From contig NC_086108.1 in assembly GCF_963921235.1 (NCBI RefSeq), positions 64,544,001 to 64,608,000 of the forward strand: 64,000 nucleotides of DNA. Direction: 5' to 3'. Positions 1 through 11,324 of the stretch are shown here, piece after piece. The stretch is from Mobula hypostoma. Taxonomy: Eukaryota. Made by a program: the position numbers and the translations under genes. Position 1 is the stretch's first letter. The number at the start of each line of letters is the position of its first letter. Below the pieces are notes generated by a model, which was not told where the DNA came from, ran no database searches, and saw only the letters and a program-made list of their open reading frames with translations.

Positions 1-874
1 ATGGGTCACTTGCGCAGGCAAAGAAAATGTCAAACAATGAACGGCAGCCGGGCGGAGGAGCGGTGGACGTGACTTTCGACTGAGTGACGCGAAGAAGAAA
101 AAAACAATAAATAGACACATGATTCTTAGTTATGTATTGTGATTTATTGCTGATAGAAAAAGGCGCCAAAGCGTGAGTGTGCTAACAAAACATGGGTTAG
201 GGAAAGAAAAATACGAAATAATTTCGCAACTAACTTTGATGCTGACAAGGTCTATATTTTATACAAGAAAGTTGCACGCAGACTTAGAACTTTCTTAATA
301 GATATGGCATGGTGATGGGCATTTATGGCGGAATTTATTTTCATTCTGGGCCGTAAGGAAGAAACGCACTCAGTCTGCCACAAGCGCTCAAGTCCAAGTT
401 CATTGTGGGCTCTCCACATTGGCCGCTGTATCCAGCCACACTGTCCTGCTGCATTCGGGTGTTGACGCAGAGCCTCAGGGCTGGGTAGGGGATCGGGTTT
501 TATTTAAGGATCCAGTCGTTCTGTTTTGTTCTCTCTCTCTAAAACCTTCTCAGAGAGAGCGATGTTCGCGTGGCGCTGGGAGCTGCGGTGCGTTCGAGAG
601 GGGTGTAGTCCAGTCTGGCTCGGAGAAAGCCAGTGCTTCCTTCATTGACAGGCGACCGCCTGACTTTTCCCCGTTAAATTCGCTATCATAATCTCAAGTC
701 CGCTGCCCTAGAAAGCAGCTCACGAGCGGGCGGGAAAAAAATCTCTCCTCAAAAGCAGGTGTGAGACCGAGGGAGAGGAAGGTGTGCGCGAGGCGGCCGC
801 CCGACTGTCACACTGAGAGAGGCAGAGTTGCGATGTGGACTATATAGTAACTATAGGCGGGGTTAAAGTTCAGG

Positions 875-958
875 ATGGAGAAGCGAGCTGGCTTCAGTTC
901 GAGACTGAAATGTGAAAGCCGGCTTTTCCTCTCACCACCACCAGCACCGCCACAATAA
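875..958 (+). other. Putative upstream ORF (27 aa, MEKRAGFSSRLKCESRLFLSPPPAPPQ) whose stop overlaps the main ATG
   Basis: ATG at 875 in strong context (AGGATGG), open to TAA at 956-958, which shares its last A with the main ATG. Assumes transcription starts upstream of 875. Confidence 0.55.
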
Positions 959-984
959 TGTACTCTCCGCTCTGTCTCACCCAG
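958..984 (+). CDS. NFIA: Nuclear factor I (NFIA-like), coding exon 1 (MYSPLCLTQ)
   Basis: ATG TAC TCT CCG CTC TGT CTC ACC CAG followed by the donor GTAGGA at 985. The peptide matches the NFIA N-terminus as I recall it and joins in phase 0 to DEFHPF in exon 2. It is too short to appear in the ORF track. Confidence 0.93.
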
Positions 985-3900
985 GTAGGATACATTTTTG
1001 CAACATTTGTATCCCTTTAGAGGCCAGCATGGTATTTTATTAAACTTTTTCCCCGTCTCTTTTTTTCCTGCGTTCTGCTGCCTCAGATCAGTGAGTGGGC
1101 TCAGCGATCTGCCCCATTGAGGCACATGGCTAATGGCGGATACGTATTAATATTTATTATTTTGACTGTAATTTTTTAGAATATACTTTTACAAATTATA
1201 TAAGTTCCAAGAGCGGTTTTTGCATGAGTGCTGTGTATTTCTGAAGACTTTCCCAGGCCAGCGAAGTGTGGCGATGGCTGCTGTTATTTTTTTGGAAGGG
1301 GGGTGGGTGGAAAGCGAGCGATGGGGAAGCACGCTTTTGTTTTGACTGTAAGGTACCGAGTTTACTCACAACAGCAGTGCAGGGAAGTTTGATTTAAATA
1401 ATATCTTTGATAACAATCCCGCTAATGCCTGCTCAGCACGCCGCAGCGCTTGGCCAGCGGGTTCGGCTTGCACTGCGCTCGGTGTGTTCGCTGGTTTTCC
1501 CAGGCTGAAGTAGACTTGACGGCGAGAGTTTCTTGGCGGGGCACCGAGGTTCCGTCAGGTGTGGAGTATCGTCTAGCCAAGTTGCTTTCCCTAGGAGGTT
1601 GAGCTGTTGTAACTTTCTGGAGCTCTTCTGCAAACACTGCGATTTGATGGGTGGTTGCGGGCATTGTGGTTTAGAAACGACATCGGCTTCTCTTTCGAGT
1701 TTCTTTTTATTATTTGCCTTAACAATTTCTCCCACCCATCATCTATGTCATTACTCTCTGGAAGTTGGGACCTTTCAGTTGGCGACCCCAAAGGTTTACC
1801 CCTTTGACAGTGTTTTATTGATGCTTCTTTTGAAGAAGGTCGGGGTTTCCCCGGTGAAAGCGTTGGCTGCTGGCGGGCCGCGTTTCTTTACACTTAAGTT
1901 TCCAGATTGCGGTTTTGCTTTGAAATCTGTTTTATTTTATCCTTACACACACCCGAGGAAATTTAACCCACGGTAATTCCAAGACTTTTATTTCAAAACG
2001 TGAGCTGTATGAAGTGGATTCGGGATTCCCGATTTTATAAAACAAATCTACGTACGGATTTTTGTTTTCAAAATATGGTCATTTCCAATATTACCAACAA
2101 ACTGTTTGTGAATCTTGCCAGTCAGTCTTTCTTTTTTTTAAAAAGTTGCACGTGATTTAGAAGTTTCCAAAGCTTTATCAGCAAAGGACATTCCTTGCAA
2201 TGTTTCTATGAATCCACTTAATTAATAACCTTCCCTTATGTGGATGGGGGCAGCATCAAAATCTTCACAAAATCTTTTAAAATCTGCTAAGCAAACTGTG
2301 GGAAAGATTCGTGTTATGAGTCTAACTTTGCATCAACAGCAATATAAAGTCAAAGTCAACGTGACCATCTTGAAGTAACTGTTCTATTTCTCAAGTTGGC
2401 GTTCCCCATGAACACATCAAATTGTTCGGTCTTCTACTATCTGCTCCAAAGTTATTATTTTAAAACTGATGTAAAAGTTTAATATAAACTCTACACAACG
2501 TTTAGTAACCTATGTGTAACAAAACATTTCCCACTTTTCCTGTATCCATTAAGTGCGCAAGTCATTCATTACTTGTGTTATTCGCACTGTTACTGTATTT
2601 CGGGATACTTTCTAGTATTGTATCATTTTTGAACAATGGAGTTGTTAGCTGTAGGTAATCTAAGTATTTAGGCCTTCAGTTTTAGATCGACTCTCAGTCA
2701 CACGTTTAACAGCGCATTCTTTGAGGAATCTGTTAAAAGTGTTATTTTAAAGGATAAATACTCCAGAGAAAAAAAATGTCACTTAAATTTAAGAGGGTGT
2801 TGGTACAGCATTTACTATATTAAATAGAAAGAATTGATCTTTTAAATAATAACTAGTTCCAGCATCTACAATATTTTCCTTTTGTTCTGAGTCTATTGAA
2901 TATATATTGTTTTTAAACAGGGCACCAATAAAATATCATAGATGCTTGATTGTATAAATTTTAATCATGCCACTTTTTAAAGAAAGGACTTTTAATGACT
3001 TCTGAACTTCCGTTAAAACAAGTTCTGCTTGTTTCTTGGCTAATTTTAAAAATTTGCGCAGAAGAGAAAATGTTCATCAAATGCATTAGATTGTTTTAAA
3101 AAAAAGTAAATGGTGATAGTAAAGGTGTGGAAAAGATGTGAATTAAATGGCAGCAAGCAGAGTGTTGGAGTTTCAGCAGTCAGTTGGTTGTTTGTAAACA
3201 ATAAAGAACAATTATCAGAGCTATAATATAAGTCTGCAAAGTTTTTGACCACTTGAAGGTTGGTGCTTATTTGTTTGCTTCATCATTTTGGACTGTATGC
3301 ACTAATTGATGTGATAGTGCCAAAAGAAGAACGTGCTTGCTAGACTGGAGTGCAGTGCTGAGGTTTATATGAAAATAGACCCATAACAAAACCACAACTT
3401 CACTGATTGTCACTTAAGGAACTAAGTGGTTTGCCATTCAGAAATGGTAAAATATTTAGAAATCAGCACAAACTAGGCATATTTGTTAAAAATATAAAGA
3501 GCAATGAGCTTTATTTGGGAGAAAATATGTTTTTGGTTGGAAAATACAACTTAACACACTTCACACATCAATGTTGCATGTCATGGAAGCTACCATCAAA
3601 TTGCAAAATGTACTGTAACTACTCCAATCTTTTCACAATATAATGATGTTTAATTTGTAGATAATAAGGAGCAACTGCAGGAGGATAAATATACTAATGT
3701 TGGTTCAACCTCCTAGCCTGCGCACTTCCCCATTGCTGTAAAATTCACTTTTCATAACATTTCATTTTTGTTTGTTAAACTGATTTTCTTTTTGCTTAAA
3801 ATATGTTATGTATTTTTATTTCACATTGAGATTGAGAGGGAAAGATGACTGGCATCTTGGAAGATGTAGGATTGACGGTGACGTGGATTAAAGTAATTTA

Positions 3901-6413
3901 AAGCTTTTTTCCCTGAATTGGCAGTGTGGTAGAGTAAGGAAACTGTACGTTGGACGATTTCCAACATAAAGTCAATGCAAGAATATATAAAACTTGTAGG
4001 CTTTGGACTGAATTAAAATGTAAATATACATATGCAAATGATTGTAAAACCATAATGTACCACGCTCAGAACTTAAACATTACGATAATAGGTAATACAC
4101 AATGTAAATTTCCTTGTCAATCAATTTTTACATTTTTGAGTAATAATCTATATTTTATACAATTGTGATTTTTAAATTATTAATATATTATTTTACCTTT
4201 TCCCTCCCCAACTGCAAATGGTTTTTATGGATCTGAATCCTGTTGCAATACAAAGCAGCAGAGGGCAGATCTGAACTAGTGGCATCTGAAGGCCACAGCA
4301 AAGGACATCAATGTGGTGACATAGTATCACCACACTGGCATCCCTTGTTCCATGTATGCACACAACCAAGGTCAAATACTGACACTACAGTAAGTCTGTA
4401 CTGTATCTATATTCACTCCAAAAACTGACTTTTAGTCTGGGTTGAGTTCTTTATCTTGGCAATTTGTGCCATATTTACAATAAGTACCTTGGTGCAAATT
4501 TAATTTCTGAATTCAGAAATGGAGAATGCTGAAATTGTATTTTAAGAGATTTCTTTCGCCATATTATATACTTTGCTCAAATGAAACCTTTTAGTAGAGT
4601 TTATCTTAAGGAAATTTAGGACAAAAACTTTAAGTTGAGGTGAAAACGTAACAAGAATGTTAACCCTTTTAATACTTTATGAAATTAAGTTGTTTAAATT
4701 GTGTTCAGGAATAAATAGATTGTCTTGACTTTCTATCCCACCTTTTGAGACACTATAGGAGGAGATGTGTATCTGTTTAGGTAGTCATTTAATAAATTTA
4801 AGCATCATTATTTGTTTTGGCAGTTTGAAAATCTCCTTTACAGGACAGATTGTTACCTACGTGTAGATGATTTTAGTAAAGGAATTCAATTAAGCTTGAA
4901 GAATTACAGGCCAGATGTCGTGTGGCTGGAAAAAGGTTGGTAAATGAAAATTCACTTTAATCTAAAAATCCTCCAAATGTTCCCACCAATGCAACATTTT
5001 TTCATTAATTTATATCATTAGCAAAATCCCTTCTAGCCTGAACTGCTGTGGCCTAGTTTAGACCACAAAAATCCACAACTTTATTGAGCAAAGAGAATGT
5101 GAAATACACACTATTTCAGAATGTTATTTTCTGCTGTTAAAACAGATTTTGCATCCTCGTCATCATAAAAGTGATGCTACTTTTGTTTTGTTGTTTAAAG
5201 ACACTTTATGCAGCATTTGGTTTAAACAAAAGAAAAAGACAGATGGCAGTTATGGTCAGAACCCTTTTTTTCCATTCGTTGTTTGTGGGTTTTTGATACT
5301 TAAGTATTTAATATTAAATTTATTATTATCAAATTGTATGATTTTGACAAATAAATAACATACTGATAAGTATTTAACAATGCTTTGTTATTGTTTACAT
5401 TATAATTCCTGTAAGTAGTTAACAGTTATCCCCTGTCACTTTTATGTTATTGATTAAAAATTGGATTTCGAAGGTCGGTAATGATCACCATTTACCCTCT
5501 GGATTTACAGATTTTTTAAATGTATTTACTAGTTGAGTAAAAGAGGTGACACAAATTTGTTTTATGTTATTATCGAATAAGGATTGCAAATCAATTACTT
5601 TATAATAACTATTCAGTACTTATTTGGCACTATCTGTATACAGATTCAAATAATGCGTAAGCGTGTTTTTATTTTTAATTTTTGTTCACAAGGGCACAGC
5701 TCAATGTGACATTTCTTGTGAAAATAGCATGAATTCACAATGAAGAATATGCAGATTTTTTTCTGACTGTACAGACTTGCTGTGTTTGAAACCATCTTGT
5801 GGAGGGGAGAGGGGGGGGGTTGTCCTCTCTTGCTTAGCACAAAGCCCCCTCGTACGAGCTGTTGATTGGCATTCTAGTGTGTGGAATTTGCCAAATAGGC
5901 GGGCTCATGCTGGCTACACCACATGCAAAGGGGTTGGGGACGGAGAGTGTAGAGATCTGCGTTTTTTTTTTAAAGCTGGCGAAGGTTAATGAAAGCACCC
6001 ATGCTTTAGTCGAGGGATCTTTCTCTACTGTTTTGGGAAAGCTCTTCATAAACAAACCAAGCACACGCAGGGAATGTCTTGAATATTGGCAAGTGTTCTG
6101 GACTTTACCTACATGGGTGCTTTCAGTTATACCGTCGGCATCTTTCTGACTGTTCCACACAAAGAATTCTCACTGTATATGGCATAAATTTTTCTAAGTC
6201 CAGCTTTGAGCAAAATACAGTGCTGGTCTGAGTTTACAATGGTATTGAATCAAATTTCTTATTTAAATGAAATGTCTCTTGATTTTTCAATTTATTATTC
6301 ATTTGTTTATAAGAAGTCAATTCTGATGAATGTTCATGTGTAGTGCTGGATCTTTTGTCAGAACTTCATTTTTGCTTATTCTTTCTCTTCTGTTTTATTT
6401 TACTTTTTTTTAG

Positions 6414-7001
<588 letters not shown>

Positions 7002-10000
7002 TGATTTTACTTTTTGTGAAATGGTTATGCTGCATGTATCCTCACCTTAAATGTAACCTTTCATAATGGTTGTCTTGTGTATGTACTTTTTATAAAGTTA
7101 ACTTTCTTCTGCATGCTCTTGAAAATAATCTAGATCCTATCCTGTTGCAAATGTAGCCTAAACTTGTTAAAGCAATCTGTGATTTTGATCAGCATTTTTG
7201 TTTCTTTTGTGTAATGGTCATAAATGCTCATTACAGGCCGGATCTGCAAACTGCTGTTAAACTCTCCAGCTGTGTTTCTCACGCCCTTCACGATCAAACC
7301 AGCATTCTCTTTCTTTCCTCCCTCTCCCACCGTTAATAGACCAAGATGGAAGATGAAAGTTCCCATCAGAATTGCATTTAGTTTACAAGTAAAAAAGAAA
7401 ATTACCATTATTTTAGTGTGGATGTGTGATGTACAAACCAAAATATGCGGACCACCCGCAACTCAAAAAGCATGACCAAAAGTTTGAGAATTTGGGTCAG
7501 CCAATGCCCCAGAGTGCTGGCACAAGACTTATGCCAGCTTGGGTCCAGCAGTGGAATTCTGCAGCTGAGAGCTAAGGACTCTTGTGTTGTGAACTATCTG
7601 CTGCCCTAGTGAAGTGTCAAACTTTGGATTCAACATAATGCTTATAGTGGCAATGTAATGTAGTTTATGGCTGCTCTCCACCAGCTTCCTGGATAAAGTT
7701 CTCATGTGTTCTTTTAAAGATTCTTATTTACAGGTATACCATGAGAACAGGAGATATGTCTGTATGTGGTAAATACAAGTGGTGGTTATAAAACATTAAT
7801 GTGGAAAATGGTTCCTGAACACTTGGATTTTGTTTCTTATGTTTGTGGCGTTTATCGCAAACTCGAGTAATTCTGAAGTCTTTGATTTCTTCCGATTTTA
7901 ATCATGTCACTACAAGTCACTGGTCTTCAGAATAGCAAGTACTTAGAATATGTAACATACAAATAGTATACCTCAAAATGACAGTCATTTGAAGCTTTGA
8001 ATCTGTTGATTACCTGACACATTTTGCTTTTAGGAAATACTTTTGCGATTGGCATTGCCGCTTTTCATGGTTTTGTTTGTCCTAAGTCAGGATCTTTGGC
8101 AGATTAGAAACTCTTGGACTTCATGGCCATTGGCTTTGAAAATAATAGAGATAATTGCTACAGGTCCAAATACATTGGAAAATGTATTCTGTTCCATCCA
8201 CATATAGCATGCTACCTTTTATATCAGCCATGAAGTGACGAGGAACAGGTCAGTATTAACCTGAAATGTTTACTCAAGTGTTCACCAAAATAAGCAAAGT
8301 GAAATGCACACAATGCTTTTAAATAATACGCACTTTAAAATTAGGTCCTCGCAGAGAGTTATGCACAGAAAATCTACTGGATCCAATTTTGGCCTGCTTA
8401 GAAGGTTGAGGAGTTTTCAATGGACTGAGCAGCTGCCAGTTCTGGCAGAAAGCAAGAACTCTAAAAAGTGCTTTGTCCAACATGCCAAAGCCAACATGGG
8501 AATACGTGGCCACTTTTTTTCGCTGACGCTTGGCTCTTTCCTGTAGTCTGATTTTGCAGTGCCATGTTTTGGGGAGCAGATTATATCGCTATTAGAATTT
8601 TTTATTCATTTAATCAAACAATTTTATTCTAAAATTGAAAAGGGGTGTTTTTGATACTTTCTGCAGGTAACTGAGTTTTTTTAGCAAGTGTTCAGTGCAT
8701 TGAGTGGATAAGAAAACTAAACTTTTTAAAAAATAAATTTAGCAATTTAGCAATGCAGAAGCCTCCTGAAATAATAGAAAAGCTGTATTAACTAAGGCAA
8801 CTAATTACTGATAATAACTGGTTGAAGCTTGGAAATATTTTGCTATGAATATTAATTTTATGGACAAAGTGCAGTTGTAAAAATAAATCACTTGCTGGGA
8901 AATCTCAAGGTAAAGCATGTAACTTTTTAAACAAATTTAATTGTAACTGTCGTCAATAATTGCCATTGATTTTATGTTATATTTTTACCTACTATTTGCT
9001 TTAATAGTTGTTTAGGCCTGAATTCAGGGATTATATGTTTCCAGTTAATTTAAATTAGGATTGATCCCGATATCCTCAAAATAGAAATATAAAGACTTGT
9101 ATTCAATCAAATGTTCTGAATCTTTAAATTGTTTAGCATAAGAATTTAGTTATAAAGCTGTAGGAGAACATTCTAAATCTATTCTATGGAGTATCCTTTT
9201 GTAGAAGAAGTGTGGCAGTGGAGTAATGGCCACAGTGTAGCAGCTTGGAGAAAAGCACGACATTTTAATCTACTGTTCAGGATTTCAAAGTTGTGCTACT
9301 TGAATTGGTTGCATCAGAATAATATAAAGATATCACTAATTTTAACAGTCCAAGTTCTGGATGCCAAAGACTTCTGTGACATGCAGTCAAAAGGGTAATT
9401 GAGAGTATATAACTATCAAGGGCATTTTTCAAAGATTAACCTAATTCAGATTTTAAATATTCAGAAATGATCTGTTTTAAGCTAGTGTTCGCTACCTTCT
9501 TAAATACACAGAATAGTTTTTTGAAAAACATGTATTTTAAGAAAAGCTAGAGAAATAGGATTGAACAGCCCTAATGATCTAGTTTTCCTTTGCATTTAGT
9601 TTGTAATTAGTAGATGAGCTCTTTGTCAGACCAGTATCCCATGCACGTATTGATTTTAAACTTAGAAATATACAGCACTGGAGGAAGACAAACTTTCTTT
9701 TGAAAAGGTGCAAGGCACAAACTAATTTATGGCCTGAACCATTAGCAGCTGACCCAGGTCAAAGTGGCATCATTCCAGGCACGTGTAAGGGTCATGACAT
9801 AAGTTGTTTAGGTCGTGACCCAAGCCAACAGGCATTTGACCTCTTAGATAAACGGTGATCTTTGCTTATTAGTGGGCAGTCATGCGAGTGCTGTCTTCAG
9901 CTTGTCAGTATTGTTGTGACCCACTGCCTATGCAAACAGTTTGTGGAAGGGGAATCTAGACTGAAATAGAGTCCGAGCTGAGAGAATTCTCCATAGTCAA

Positions 10001-11244
10001 GTTTAAGTGGAATGAAAATTTAGACCTTGAACTTGCTGATTTTTATTTTTAAATCTAGGTTTCTTCCAAAGTTCTTCTTTTTATTCCTAGCATCTGTTTA
10101 TTTTTGTTTCTTCTATTTAGTGGAATCAAAGCAAACTACAAAAACTATATTTTGACCTTCAGTAACAATAGAAACTTTTAGAAGTGAATATCAAATGTCA
10201 GCTTACCTATCATGTAAATCATTTTAATATAGCTTTTACTCTAATTTACCCAATAATGCATCTGCCCAATTCTTTCCCTAGCAACGAATTGTGTAATCCA
10301 TAAATTAGATCAAACTGAATAGATGATGTAATAGATCAAAATTAATCTTTAATGTAAGTTTTTATTTACTTACCATGTCTGGTAACCATTTGATTACTAG
10401 ATTTACTTTACCTAGCCTGAAGGCCTTTCTTTCCTAATGCCTCTTGCTATCTTCAGAGAGACATTCAGCTAGAACTTTTGAACAGTGTTTTGACTGAGCA
10501 GCAAACTAAAATTTGATGATTAGAAAACTGTGCTGCTCCATGCAGATGTAAATTCTGAAATTATTTTTGGACCCATGCAAGCTTTCTATATTCACAATTA
10601 GCAATCGTAGAATACACAAACATTGATTACTGGGAAGGCTACAGGAGCAAAGGTGCACGAGGGTGGGTTCAGAAGCAAGCAGAAATGTTAGTGACAATTA
10701 AACTGTGGGGAAAAAAAGCAGCAATTCAAAATATAAAACCTATACTGAACAATATGCTGGATTTTGTCACAGACTGTAGATCTAAAGAGTATATGCTCAA
10801 GATGTTCAAGGTTAGTGACCGTTTAGAATGTTATTTTATGCAGAACACTTGGAAAGGATTGCTGGAGGAGGCACATAGTGTGTATAAAGAGAAAAGTGGA
10901 GCAAGAATGATTGCATTGTTTTTAGTTTTTAAGATTGATTTGATTATAGAACCTTTTCCAGACTCATAATGTCATGTGTTCTTTTAAATGTGATTGTAAA
11001 TCACTTCTCAATTATAATTTCAATAATATTGCATTATTTATAATAAAATACCATGCTTAGTCAGTGGCAAAGTATTTATTTAGATTGAGAATGGAAAACT
11101 GAAAGCTGTGCAGAAATAAACTTTTTAAATTTATTATCTGCACTAGTTGAAACTTGCTATTCATAGTTGTCCCAAAAGCTGTAATGTAGCTAAAACAATA
11201 TTTTAACATGAAAAAAAGTGCCAACTGTTGGAGTTCCTATGGAT

Positions 11245-11324
11245 CAAGTGTTCCCAACCTGAAGTCCACAGATTCCTTGCATAATAGTATTGGTCTATGG
11301 CATAAACAAAGTTGGGAATCCTTG
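11245..11324. mobile_element. 80-bp hAT-type MITE
   Basis: TIRs CAAGTGTTCCCAAC / GTTGGGAATCCTTG (12/14 match) and a perfect 8-bp TSD CTATGGAT at 11237-11244 and 11325-11332. Confidence 0.85.

Larger units (their letters stand above)
1..1980 (+). promoter_or_regulatory. CpG-rich promoter / 5' UTR / proximal intron 1 region of the NFI gene
   Basis: CpG and GC content are visibly much higher (e.g. 400-990, 1430-1700) than in the AT-rich, CpG-poor remainder. The region surrounds coding exon 1 and has a GC box GGCGGG at ~856-862. The TSS cannot be determined. Confidence 0.75.

Noticed and set aside
1..72. ATG-initiated frame at the window start as an alternative NFIA first exon
   Set aside because: It ends in TGA with no convincing donor and does not resemble the alternative N-termini I recall.
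419..1976. Several 66-147 aa ORFs on both strands in the CpG island
   Set aside because: No recognisable domains, many non-ATG starts, and long ORFs are expected in GC-rich DNA. The real coding signal is the 27-nt exon.
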